DNA of 40,311 nt from an uncultured Bdellovibrionales bacterium (GCA_964501755.1 CAZCTF010000002.1:1-40311); one strand, 5' to 3'. Positions 24,408 through 33,127 are shown, counted from the first letter of the stretch. Notes: generated by a model from the sequence alone, not told the origin. Numbers and translations are program-made.

Positions 24408-25502
24408 ATGAGTCTTTTTCGGAAGAAGATATTTGATCTCTTTCCCCAGCCGTTCGGTCTGGACTTGTCTGACCTGTCCATCAAAGCGATGTGGTTGGAG
24501 CGTGAAGGAAAGGAAGAGGTTGTTTCGAGTTTCGGTTCAGTGCCGATCGCGATCGGTAGCATTGTTGATGGCGATATCGTGAATGAGGATGTTGTAGTTC
24601 AGGCAATTAAGGACCTGCTTGATAAAACCACTCCTAAGCCGGTAAGAACCAAAAAAGTCATCTGCTCGCTGCCAGAGACGAAGGCGTTTTTACGCGTTGT
24701 CTCATTGCCCCAGATGGCTCCAGAAGAGGTAAGGGAGGCGATTAAGTGGGAGATTGAGGCCAATATTCCACTAACTTTAGATCAGGTTTACTACGACTAT
24801 CAGGTGCTCGACAGAAAGCTTTTCAAGGAAAAAAACAGGATGAGCGTCCTCGTGGTTGCGGTCGCGCGATCGATGGTCGATCAGATCCATGGTGTCCTGG
24901 AAAAAGCCGGGCTCGAGGTCGTCGGGCTCGAAACCGAGTCTATCGCTCAGGCGCGTAGCCTGCTCATCGATAAGGATGAGGATAAGACGCGTCTTATTGT
25001 CGATATTGGCGATCGGCGAACGAGTTTCCTCGTGGCGATCGGACACACACCCTGCTTTACCTCGAGCATCCCGCTTTCCTCGCAGATGATCACTGATGCT
25101 ATCTCGAAGGAGATGCGGATACCGTTCGAAGAAGCTGAGATGATGAAGATCAAATACGGCCTCGGGTCACTCGCGATGAAGAGCCCGCTCTTTAAGGCTG
25201 CTCAGCCGATTCTCGAAAACCTCGCTGTCGAAATCGAACGATCAACGAATTTCTATCTCAGCAACCTCGGCTACTCAACAGCGATTGACAGCATCGTCCT
25301 CTGTGGCGGTGGTTCCAATATGAAGGGACTGCTCCCGTTTCTTACGAAACGACTCAATCAGTCGGTTGAGTTTGGTAACCCCTGGGTGAACATCAAGCTT
25401 GGCCGGACGCTTCCGCCGATTGATCGTGGGCATTCCGTACAGTATTCAACCGCTATCGGCCTCGCACTTCGAGGTCTCGACGAATATGAGGATCTTACTT
25501 AA
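24408..25502 (+). CDS. pilM: Type IV pilus assembly protein PilM (actin-like ATPase fold)
   Basis: GLDLSDLSIKAM at the N-terminus, VDIGDRRTSF, and LCGGGSNMKGL near the C-terminus follow the PilM/FtsA-like pattern. Confidence 0.85.
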   Translation: MSLFRKKIFDLFPQPFGLDLSDLSIKAMWLEREGKEEVVSSFGSVPIAIGSIVDGDIVNEDVVVQAIKDLLDKTTPKPVRTKKVICSLPETKAFLRVVSLPQMAPEEVREAIKWEIEANIPLTLDQVYYDYQVLDRKLFKEKNRMSVLVVAVARSMVDQIHGVLEKAGLEVVGLETESIAQARSLLIDKDEDKTRLIVDIGDRRTSFLVAIGHTPCFTSSIPLSSQMITDAISKEMRIPFEEAEMMKIKYGLGSLAMKSPLFKAAQPILENLAVEIERSTNFYLSNLGYSTAIDSIVLCGGGSNMKGLLPFLTKRLNQSVEFGNPWVNIKLGRTLPPIDRGHSVQYSTAIGLALRGLDEYEDLT

Positions 25503-26043
25503 CGTCCTACCAGAAGAGAAGAAAGATGCTCTGGTGCGGAAATTTCGCTACCGGTTTTTCCTGTGGCAGACAATGCTGATACTTCTTCTCGAGCTGTATT
25601 ACGTTGTCATTCTAGGAGGTATCTACACGATCCTTAACTACCAGGTCCGAGTTGGCCGTGACGCATTGGTCGCTTTCGAACAGTTTAATGAAGAAGCGAA
25701 AAAGCTTGTCAACTATCAGGAAGAGTTCAAAAAGGTTAATGCTGAAACAGAGAGCATCGCTCGCTATCAGCAGTCCCATTTCCATTGGAGCGAGCTTGTG
25801 GCGCTGTTGCAGAAGCTGACGCCCGAAGGAGTGGTCGTTGTCGAGCTCCTGACGAAAGACTATACGGTTTCTCTTTCCGGACAAGCAGGAACACGTGATC
25901 AGTTTCTTCAATTTGAGGAAGCGCTGAAGGGTTCGGAGTGCGTGAGTGATGTTCGGGTACCGATCTCTAATCTCTTTTCCCAAAAAGAAGTGGATTTCCA
26001 GATAGATTTCAAACTGAGGAAAGAGTGTCTTATCCGACACTAG
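25486..26043 (+). CDS. pilN: PilN-like pilus assembly protein
   Basis: ILLNVLPEEKK start, a single TM helix, then a coiled-coil and alpha/beta domain. Overlaps the pilM stop by 17 nt. Confidence 0.65.
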   Translation: MRILLNVLPEEKKDALVRKFRYRFFLWQTMLILLLELYYVVILGGIYTILNYQVRVGRDALVAFEQFNEEAKKLVNYQEEFKKVNAETESIARYQQSHFHWSELVALLQKLTPEGVVVVELLTKDYTVSLSGQAGTRDQFLQFEEALKGSECVSDVRVPISNLFSQKEVDFQIDFKLRKECLIRH

Positions 26044-26051
26044 AAATACCT

Positions 26052-26807
26052 ATGACCAGTCCACTTTGGAACAAATTCAAACCGATGGTGCTGCAACTCT
26101 TGCTCTTTGTAGCGATTGGACTGATTGGTTGGTTTGGTATTCGACCGTTCCTTTCAACGATTCAGGAAAAAATGGACGATATTCAGAAGCTTTCGGTAAC
26201 ACATGAGCATCGCGAGAAACAACTTGAACGATTGCCTGACCTCGAGGCGCAGCACGCACTCATCAGTGAGCATGAGAACCGGCTCGGTATTATTCTAACG
26301 AAGGATCGGATCGTAGAGTTTATTCAGGAGATCGAGGAGCTTGCTCAGGAGGAAAATGTTGCAGTAGAGATCGAATCTCGGGATAATGCGTTCCTCGAAA
26401 GTAAGGTGACTGTCGCGGAGAAGAAAGACACGACCGCGAAGTCAGTGGCGACTCCGACCGACAAGGCGGAGGCGGCAGCTGAGCCGGCAAAGAAAGCACC
26501 GACCAGCAAAGAAACCGGGATTGTCACCGAACTTCCCATCAAGAAATATCTGAAGCTTACGATTACCGTGACGGGGGAGTACGGTGATGCCGTCCGCTTC
26601 CTCCATCGGCTGGAAACGTTACCCTATGCTCTGGATATCATTGGACTGAATATCAAACAACGCGCCGAAGATGCTGACCTTATTGCGACTGAGTCAGCGG
26701 CGTTCAATCCCTTTGCAGGAGAGGCAACAGATGAGGTGCTTCCGACAATTTCTAAAGTAAATGTCCTGGAAGCGGTCTTCGAAACGGTCGTATACATGAA
26801 AGACTAG
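26052..26807 (+). CDS. pilO: PilO-like pilus assembly protein
   Basis: Single N-terminal TM helix followed by a long coiled coil, in the position after pilN. Start could be GTG at 26025. Confidence 0.5.
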   Translation: MTSPLWNKFKPMVLQLLLFVAIGLIGWFGIRPFLSTIQEKMDDIQKLSVTHEHREKQLERLPDLEAQHALISEHENRLGIILTKDRIVEFIQEIEELAQEENVAVEIESRDNAFLESKVTVAEKKDTTAKSVATPTDKAEAAAEPAKKAPTSKETGIVTELPIKKYLKLTITVTGEYGDAVRFLHRLETLPYALDIIGLNIKQRAEDADLIATESAAFNPFAGEATDEVLPTISKVNVLEAVFETVVYMKD

Positions 26808-26812
26808 CGCGT

Positions 26813-27142
26813 ATGAAATTTTCTCTGAAACAAATCTCGTTCGGATCGACTAGACGGCGGAGTCTCTACTTCTGGATTCGACATTATAAGTCACTTTTTG
26901 TTATCTCGTTCTTCATCCTGACCGGCTTTATCGCCTATCAGTGGAATCGCGACTTGTATCAATACCACTGGACTGAAGAGGAGCGCAAGGCATACCTCGA
27001 AGCAACCGCCAAAGAGACTGCTTTTCAGGAAAAGAAATTTCTCGGAGTCATCGAACGACTCGATCAGGATCGTGAGCGGCATGAATCCGGGCTGGAGGCC
27101 GGTCGCGATCTCTTTGCGGGCGCGCGGAAAAAGCCGCAGTAA
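26813..27142 (+). CDS. Hypothetical single-pass membrane protein at the end of the pilus locus
   Basis: One TM helix (LFVISFFILTGFIAY) and a charged C-terminal region. No family recognised. Confidence 0.5.
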   Translation: MKFSLKQISFGSTRRRSLYFWIRHYKSLFVISFFILTGFIAYQWNRDLYQYHWTEEERKAYLEATAKETAFQEKKFLGVIERLDQDRERHESGLEAGRDLFAGARKKPQ

Positions 27143-27144
27143 TC

Positions 27145-27173
27145 TTGACGTGATCGCCAGAACGGGGTAGAGT
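27145..27173 (+). promoter_or_regulatory. Sigma70-like promoter of rlmN
   Basis: TTGACG (27145..27150), 17-nt spacer, TAGAGT (27168..27173), 15 nt before the ATG. Confidence 0.55.
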
Positions 27174-27188
27174 AATCGGACATTCCGT

Positions 27189-28226
27189 ATGGAAAACCGA
27201 TTTGTGATACTCAATCAGCTTCTGGCTGGTCAACCTGCTTTCCGCCTTCGACAGGTCGAGGCGGCTTTGTTTCGACCCGACTGGCGGTCCTGGGACGATG
27301 TTTCCGTTCTGTCAAAGGAATGGCGCATGAAGCTTGCACAATCTGCTCCCTGGCTCACACTTTCCCAAGCAGCGTTCCTTGAGAGCGTTCGTCACGATAC
27401 CTTCAAGGCGATTCTCGAAACGGCTGATGGTAAACGGATCGAAACGGTCCTTATGCAGAACGCCCGTGGCTTTTGGAGCATCTGTGTCTCTTCACAGGTC
27501 GGCTGTGCGATGGCTTGTACGTTCTGCGCCACCGGAAAAATGGGCTTCACGCGAAATCTCTCAGCAGACGAGATCATCGACCAGTACCGTTTTTGGATGT
27601 ACTTTCTTGAGGGTCGGCACGATCTCGAGCAGCGGATCTCAAATGTCGTTTATATGGGGATGGGGGAGCCGCTAGCCAATTATGAGAACGTGAAGGTCTC
27701 GCTTCTGGCCTTTCTCGCTCACACTGATATGGGCCCGACGCGGTTGACCGTTTCGACGGTGGGTCTCATTCCGATGCTCCGAAAAATACTCACCGATGAG
27801 ACGTGGCCGCCAGTTCGACTTGCCGTTTCACTCCACAGTGCTGACATCGAGACACGCATGAAGATTATGCCGACTGCGTATCCGAAATTCCTCGAAGACC
27901 TCGCAGAATGGACGAAACAATATTTCGAGAAATTCGAAAGTCGCCGCCGACATCTGACGTTTGAGTATGTGATGCTGGCTGGTGTAAACGATACATCGCT
28001 TCATGCGGACAAGCTCATCGGCTTTGCTCGGAAAGTCGGTAAGGTAAAGATTAATCTGATTCCCTACAACGATACCAAGAGCAAATACTCGACGAGCGAG
28101 AGCGCCGCACTCGTCGGTTTCGAGAAGCGGCTTCTCGATGCACATCTGGACGTCACTCGCCGTCGAACCATGGGTGCAGACATCGCCGCCGCCTGTGGCC
28201 AGCTCATTGTTGAGAAAAAAAACTGA
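27189..28226 (+). CDS. rlmN: 23S rRNA (adenine2503-C2)-methyltransferase, radical SAM
   Basis: CVSSQVGCAMACTFCATG (CxxxCxxC), MGMGEPLAN and the C-terminal GADIAAACGQL motif. Confidence 0.9.
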   Translation: MENRFVILNQLLAGQPAFRLRQVEAALFRPDWRSWDDVSVLSKEWRMKLAQSAPWLTLSQAAFLESVRHDTFKAILETADGKRIETVLMQNARGFWSICVSSQVGCAMACTFCATGKMGFTRNLSADEIIDQYRFWMYFLEGRHDLEQRISNVVYMGMGEPLANYENVKVSLLAFLAHTDMGPTRLTVSTVGLIPMLRKILTDETWPPVRLAVSLHSADIETRMKIMPTAYPKFLEDLAEWTKQYFEKFESRRRHLTFEYVMLAGVNDTSLHADKLIGFARKVGKVKINLIPYNDTKSKYSTSESAALVGFEKRLLDAHLDVTRRRTMGADIAAACGQLIVEKKN

Positions 28227-28238
28227 GGTACAGGTACT

Positions 28239-29228
28239 ATGCGATTTTCTTCCCGAACCATTCTCTTTCTTGGTGCAATCGGCGGGTTGATTCTGTTGGT
28301 TGGTCTCGGGCTCTTTTTCTCTCATGAAATCCCTCGACTCGATGGACGGGTCCTGTCATGGACCGGGGCGGAGTCAAATGTGGCGGAGGAAGAGATGATG
28401 CGGCCACCGGTGACGATTCTCTTTGGTGGGGATATGCAGTTCGATCGTTATATCCGGAGCGTGACCGAGAAACGGGGAGGAGCTTTTGTTTTTTATGGAC
28501 TCCGTTCGGAATTCCAGCAAGCCGATCTGGTCGTCGCAAATCTCGAAGGGCCGATCACGGATAATGCGTCGGTGAGCGAAACCAGTGTCGAAGGATCGCG
28601 TGACAATTATGTGTTCACGTTTCCACCTAAAACGGCGGTACTTTTGAAGGCGGAAAATATCAGTCTGGTGAATATCGGGAACAATCACATTCTGAACCTC
28701 AAGGAGGACGGTGTCCGGCAGACGAAGGAGTACCTTGAAGCAGTAGGCGTGGATTATTTCGGTTCACCACTCTCTGGAGACGACCGGACAGCCGTCCGAG
28801 AGATTGGTGGTACGAGGATCGCTTTCGTCAACTACAATGAATTCGTTTGGAAAGGCAGAGAGAAGGCATTGGCGGACATCGCTCTCGTAACAGAGGGAGC
28901 AGATTTCGTAGTCGTCTATACACACTGGGGAAAAGAATACGTAGCGGCGAGCCCGGAAATGAAAACGCTCGCGCATGAATTCATCGACGCCGGAGCCGAC
29001 CTTATCATCGGATCGCACCCGCACGTGGTCCAGGAACGGGAGGAATATAAGGGAAAGTCGATTTACTATTCGCTCGGCAATCTCATTTTCGACCAGTATT
29101 TCCGGCCAGAAACGCAAGCAGGGCTCGTTGTCCGGGCCGTGTTCGATCCGATGACGCAGGACATCACCCTCTCAGAACTTCCGGTCCGGCTCAATACGAA
29201 CGGGCAAACGGAATTGGTCGCGCGTTGA
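28239..29228 (+). CDS. CapA family (PGA_cap metallophosphatase-like) protein, membrane anchored
   Basis: N-terminal TM helix. ILFGGDMQFDR, LVVANLEGPIT, NIGNNHILN, VVYTHWGKEY, IGSHPHVVQ and YYSLGNLIFDQ motifs. Confidence 0.8.
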   Translation: MRFSSRTILFLGAIGGLILLVGLGLFFSHEIPRLDGRVLSWTGAESNVAEEEMMRPPVTILFGGDMQFDRYIRSVTEKRGGAFVFYGLRSEFQQADLVVANLEGPITDNASVSETSVEGSRDNYVFTFPPKTAVLLKAENISLVNIGNNHILNLKEDGVRQTKEYLEAVGVDYFGSPLSGDDRTAVREIGGTRIAFVNYNEFVWKGREKALADIALVTEGADFVVVYTHWGKEYVAASPEMKTLAHEFIDAGADLIIGSHPHVVQEREEYKGKSIYYSLGNLIFDQYFRPETQAGLVVRAVFDPMTQDITLSELPVRLNTNGQTELVAR

Positions 29229-29268
29229 TTTGCCGACTTTTTCCAGCTATGCTGTAGATTGCTTTGCT

Positions 29269-30468
29269 ATGAACAAGAAATACTTCATCCAGACTTTCGG
29301 CTGCCAGCAGAACACGGCGGATTCTGAGCGTATTGCGAGCCAGTATGAGGCGCGTGGTTTTGAACCGGCCGAAAGTCTGGAAGTAGCAGACACACTTATC
29401 GTGAATACCTGCATTGTCCGCGATCGGGCCGAGGAAAAGGTCTATGGACTAGTAAAAAATCTCCGTGAGAAGGCGAAGCGTGGTCCGGACAAACTCCACA
29501 TTGTTATCACTGGCTGCCTGGTTGGCGCCGCCGCTCGCGAGCCATCGGGTAAGCTTATGCGGCGTATGAAGGAGCGGCTTCCGGACGAGGAATTCCTCCC
29601 GATGGAAGACGTCGGTTTCGAACATGAGCCGAAACGCGCATCGGGAAAGCTTGCTTCAATCGTTATCTCGAACGGTTGCAACAATTTCTGCGCGTTCTGT
29701 ATCGTTCCTTTCTCTCGTGGCCGGGAGCGCTCCCGGGCGTTCGGTGAGATCCTGCATGAGGTACACGAGGCCGTGAGGGCTGGTAAGACGGAGGTGATGC
29801 TCCTCGGACAGAATGTGAATTCATACGGTGCCGATTTTCTCATGGAAAAAATCAAGGAGGGCGCTGAATACGAGCTTCCCGGCGGGAAAAAAGTAAAGCC
29901 TGTCATGGTCAAGCACTTGGGCCGGCACCGGATCCCGACACTTTTTCCACATCTCCTCGAAGCGGTAGCCGAAATTCCAGGTGTTGAGAAAGTTATGTTC
30001 CTCTCGGCCAATCCCTGGGACTTTTCAGATGAACTGATTGATGCAATCGCGCGACATCCAAATATCGATCGTTTGCTCCATCTCCCAATCCAGGCAGGGA
30101 GCAATCGTGTCATCAAAGCGATGAATCGCTGGTATACGCGGGACGAATACCTCACTCTCATTGACCGGATCCGCACGAGGGTACCCGGGGTCGAGTTTAC
30201 AACCGACATCATCGTCGGTTTCCCTGGCGAGACCCTGGAGGATTTTGAGGCGACGATGGACATCGCGAAGCGGGTGAAGTTTGCGAAAGCTTTCATCGCC
30301 TGGTATTCGCCGCGCCCTGGAACTGCCGCGCTGAAGCTCGAGAATGATGTCGATATCCATGAAAAGAAACGGCGCTATACCGAACTTGATCATCTCATCC
30401 TCCGGCTTTCTGGCCGCGAGCACCTCATCGATAAGGCTCCGACAGGTACGGCAGCAGCTGGAAAATAG
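29269..30468 (+). CDS. miaB: MiaB-type tRNA methylthiotransferase (399 aa), apparently without TRAM domain
   Basis: FIQTFGCQQNTADSE N-terminal MTTase motif, radical SAM GCNNFCAFCIVP and SPRPGTAA. Only about 45 residues follow, too few for a TRAM domain. Confidence 0.8.
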   Translation: MNKKYFIQTFGCQQNTADSERIASQYEARGFEPAESLEVADTLIVNTCIVRDRAEEKVYGLVKNLREKAKRGPDKLHIVITGCLVGAAAREPSGKLMRRMKERLPDEEFLPMEDVGFEHEPKRASGKLASIVISNGCNNFCAFCIVPFSRGRERSRAFGEILHEVHEAVRAGKTEVMLLGQNVNSYGADFLMEKIKEGAEYELPGGKKVKPVMVKHLGRHRIPTLFPHLLEAVAEIPGVEKVMFLSANPWDFSDELIDAIARHPNIDRLLHLPIQAGSNRVIKAMNRWYTRDEYLTLIDRIRTRVPGVEFTTDIIVGFPGETLEDFEATMDIAKRVKFAKAFIAWYSPRPGTAALKLENDVDIHEKKRRYTELDHLILRLSGREHLIDKAPTGTAAAGK

Positions 30469-30519
30469 CCGCTTTTAGAGCCGGTCTGAAGGTGCTAGGA
30501 TAGGGAGGTCAAAATATCT

Positions 30520-31317
30520 ATGCAAGAGCACTACACCCTCATCTCCTGGAACGTCAACGGGCTCCGGTCGGCTGGTAAGAAGGATTTTATCGCCTGGATG
30601 CAGCAGGGGAGATTTCCGATCGTTGCGGTCCAAGAGACTAAGATTAGCGATCCCGACCAGCTTACCGAGGAGCTTAGGAATCCTGACGGCTACACAAGCT
30701 ACTTTAACTGCTCGACCGAGAAGAAGGGCTACAGTGGGGTCGGCGTTTATGTGAAGAAGAAACCGTTTGCGGTGAAGACATTTTTCGGTGACAACTTGCT
30801 TTCCCGTGAGGGCCGTGTGATCGAGATAGAGTTCCGTCACTTCACGCTTATCAATGTCTATTTTCCGAATGGCGGATCGGGTGAACTTCGGCTCCAGTAC
30901 AAGATGCAATTCTACGACGAGTTTCTCCACTATCTCACCCACCTCCGGAGTCAGGGAAAGAAAATCGTTCTCTGCGGTGATGTGAATACAGCGCATCAGG
31001 AAATCGATCTTGCTCGGCCGAAAGAGAATGAAAAGACATCTGGTTTCATGCCGATGGAGCGGGAGTGGATCGACAAACTCATTGCAGCCGGGTTCATCGA
31101 TGCTTATCGCCACTTCCATCCGCGCGAAGTGGCCTACACGTGGTGGGATATGAAGACTCGTTCTCGCGAGCGCAATGTCGGCTGGCGGATTGATTATTTC
31201 TTCGTCGACAAGAGTCTGGAAGCCAACATGAAAGAGGCGATTATTCTCTCAGACGTGCCCGGTTCGGATCATTGCCCGGTCGGTCTTTCGCTCGTTTTTT
31301 CTGAGACGGAAGCCTAA
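30520..31317 (+). CDS. xth: Exodeoxyribonuclease III (AP endonuclease)
   Basis: LISWNVNGLRS, VAVQETK, CGDVNTAH, WWDMKTRSRERNVGWRIDY and SDHCPV motifs. Confidence 0.9.
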   Translation: MQEHYTLISWNVNGLRSAGKKDFIAWMQQGRFPIVAVQETKISDPDQLTEELRNPDGYTSYFNCSTEKKGYSGVGVYVKKKPFAVKTFFGDNLLSREGRVIEIEFRHFTLINVYFPNGGSGELRLQYKMQFYDEFLHYLTHLRSQGKKIVLCGDVNTAHQEIDLARPKENEKTSGFMPMEREWIDKLIAAGFIDAYRHFHPREVAYTWWDMKTRSRERNVGWRIDYFFVDKSLEANMKEAIILSDVPGSDHCPVGLSLVFSETEA

Positions 31318-31325
31318 TTCGAGAT

Positions 31326-32558
31326 ATGGAAACCGAAAACGCTGCTCTTCCGCCTCTGGCTGAGCGGATGCGTCCGAAGCAACTCGCTGATTTCATCGGT
31401 CAAGAGAAGATCCTTGGCGAGGGTTCGTTTTTGCGACATGCGATTCAGGCTGACCAGGTACCATCGCTTCTCTTCTGGGGGCCGCCAGGAAGCGGCAAGA
31501 CGACCTTGGCTCGGCTCATTGCTCTTGAGACGAAATCGCATTTTCTCCAGCTTTCAGCGGTCGAGAGTGGCAAAAAGGAAATCCAGCGTATCGTCGAAGG
31601 GGCGAAAGCAACGGCGCGTCTCGGGGCGCGAACTATCCTTTTCGTCGATGAGATCCACCGCTGGAACAAGTCGCAGCAGGACGCGCTCTTGCCGCATGTC
31701 GAGGATGGGACGATCACGCTCATCGGCGCAACGACGGAGAATCCGAGTTTCGAGGTGAATGCCGCTTTGCTTTCGCGGGCCCGTGTTCTCGTGCTCTCCA
31801 AACATGCCCCGGAGCATATCGAGTCCCTCCTCAAGGCGGCGATTGTGGATGATGAAGTGCTGAAACGGAAGAAAGTCAAAGCCGATCCGTCAGCGCTCCA
31901 TTTCATCGCCGCACTTTCGGGCGGTGATGCTCGAGCGGCCTACAATATTCTCGAGGCGTGTGCGAGTCTGGGAAAGCGAATCACGCCCGAGCTCGTTGAA
32001 GGAGTAGCAGAACGCTCACATCTCCTTTATGACAAGGATGGCGAGGAGCACTACAATATTATTTCCGCGCTTCACAAATCCATGCGTGGCGGCGATGCGG
32101 ATGCCGCGCTCTACTGGCTGGGCCGCATGCTTGAAGCCGGGGAGGATCCACTCTATGTTGCTCGACGACTGGTCCGTTTCGCCTCGGAAGATGTCGGGAT
32201 GGGGAATTCGTTTGCGTTGCCGCAGGCAGTCGCGGCCTATCAAGCGTGCCAGTATATCGGCATGCCGGAGTGTTCGGTGAACCTTGCTCAGGCAGTCGTC
32301 TATCTCGCCCAGTCTAAGAAGTCCAATGCACTGTATACCGCATACGGCCAAGTGAAGGAAGACATTGCGTCCTATCCGAATGAGCTGGTGCCGCTTCATC
32401 TCCGGAATGCTCCGACCGAGCTGATGAAATCCCTCAACTACGGTAAAGGCTACAAGTATACTCCTGATTTTACCAATATAGCCGATGCAGCTCAGGAATA
32501 TCTCCCAGAAAAACTCAAGGGAAAGCAATATCTTGGAAAAAGAAAAACGACGTCCTGA
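31326..32558 (+). CDS. rarA: Replication-associated recombination protein A (AAA+ ATPase)
   Basis: RMRPKQLADFIGQE, Walker A GPPGSGKTTLA, FVDEIHRWNKSQQD, LIGATTENP and HYNIISALHKSMRGGDADAALYWL. Confidence 0.9.
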   Translation: METENAALPPLAERMRPKQLADFIGQEKILGEGSFLRHAIQADQVPSLLFWGPPGSGKTTLARLIALETKSHFLQLSAVESGKKEIQRIVEGAKATARLGARTILFVDEIHRWNKSQQDALLPHVEDGTITLIGATTENPSFEVNAALLSRARVLVLSKHAPEHIESLLKAAIVDDEVLKRKKVKADPSALHFIAALSGGDARAAYNILEACASLGKRITPELVEGVAERSHLLYDKDGEEHYNIISALHKSMRGGDADAALYWLGRMLEAGEDPLYVARRLVRFASEDVGMGNSFALPQAVAAYQACQYIGMPECSVNLAQAVVYLAQSKKSNALYTAYGQVKEDIASYPNELVPLHLRNAPTELMKSLNYGKGYKYTPDFTNIADAAQEYLPEKLKGKQYLGKRKTTS

Positions 32559-32602
32559 ATGAGAGAACGTCGTGAAGTGGGGCGGGTACGCGCGTTGACG
32601 TA

Positions 32603-32833
32603 TCACCAGAGTCGCTCGCTGCACTTCATGATGGTGCGGAGATCGACATCTGGGGTGGCAGAAAGCGTGGCACGACAGCAGCCGTAGTACACGGCGCCTT
32701 TTCTTCGGCACACGTAGCTTCGCTCGTAGCGGTTCTGGGAGCCGCAGTGACCACAAGGGGCATAGGGCGGCTTGGATTCGGCAGCCAACGTTTGCAAGAG
32801 ACGGCGATCGCCTGAATCAGCACCTTCGAACAT
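32603..32833 (-). CDS. Small Cys-rich protein (76 aa), putative zinc ribbon
   Basis: SD GGAGA 7 nt before the ATG. CGHC...C...CC cysteine pattern. No family assigned. Confidence 0.55.
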   Translation of the reverse strand: MFEGADSGDRRLLQTLAAESKPPYAPCGHCGSQNRYERSYVCRRKGAVYYGCCRATLSATPDVDLRTIMKCSERLW

Positions 32834-32870
32834 GGGAGTATCTCCTTTCGGTTGGAAATGAACGGTGACG

Positions 32871-32905
32871 AAAAAGCCGGTCTCCTTCGTTGGGGAGACC
32901 GGCTT
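32871..32905 (-). terminator. Rho-independent terminator inside a 5' leader (attenuator regions 3:4)
   Basis: Minus strand: AAGCCGGTCTCC (32905..32894), 8-nt loop, GGAGACCGGCTT (32885..32874), continuing into TTTTT (32875..32871). It lies 38 nt upstream of the ATG at 32833. Confidence 0.7.
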
Positions 32906-33000
32906 CTTTCTGCACTCGAGACTTTCTACTAGTAGCGCTCAAGAGCAAAAACAAATCGGTCTCCCTTCTCCCAAAAGAAGAAGGCGAATGTCAGACCGAT
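32871..33000 (-). promoter_or_regulatory. Candidate transcription attenuator (alternative hairpins 1:2, 2:3, 3:4)
   Basis: 1:2 pairing is ATCGGTCT (33000..32993) with AGACCGAT (32962..32955), plus inner CCTTCT (32984..32979) with AGAAGG (32969..32964). Region 2 GGGAGACCG (32965..32957) is perfectly complementary to region 3 CGGTCTCCC (32901..32893), which is also the 5' arm of the terminator. Confidence 0.5.
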
Positions 33001-33024
33001 AAACATGGACCGAAATATTTGCAT
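32929..33024 (-). CDS. Leaderless 31-codon Phe-rich small ORF (MQIFRSMFIGLTFAFFFWEKGDRFVFALERY)
   Basis: The ATG lies exactly 6 nt after a TATACT -10 box, the same geometry as two other genes here. 8 of 31 codons are Phe, including FAFFFW. TAG stop at 32931..32929. Too short for the ORF track. Confidence 0.45.
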   Translation of the reverse strand: MQIFRSMFIGLTFAFFFWEKGDRFVFALERY

Positions 33025-33030
33025 AAAAAT

Positions 33031-33060
33031 AGTATATCGGGGGTGTGAGATCGCTGTCAA
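33031..33060 (-). promoter_or_regulatory. Near-consensus sigma70 promoter on minus strand
   Basis: rc reads TTGACA (33060..33055), 18-nt spacer, TATACT (33036..33031). Confidence 0.65.
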
Positions 33061-33110
33061 ATTTCGAGTCTATTCCGAGAAAACACACAGCTGACAGGGG
33101 CTAGATTTTT

Positions 33111-33119
33111 TGCTAAGCT
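33111..33119 (+). promoter_or_regulatory. Extended -10 promoter of bcp
   Basis: TGcTAAGCT, then 8 nt before the ATG at 33128. No SD, so probably leaderless or nearly so. Confidence 0.4.
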
Positions 33120-33127
33120 GTCCCAAT

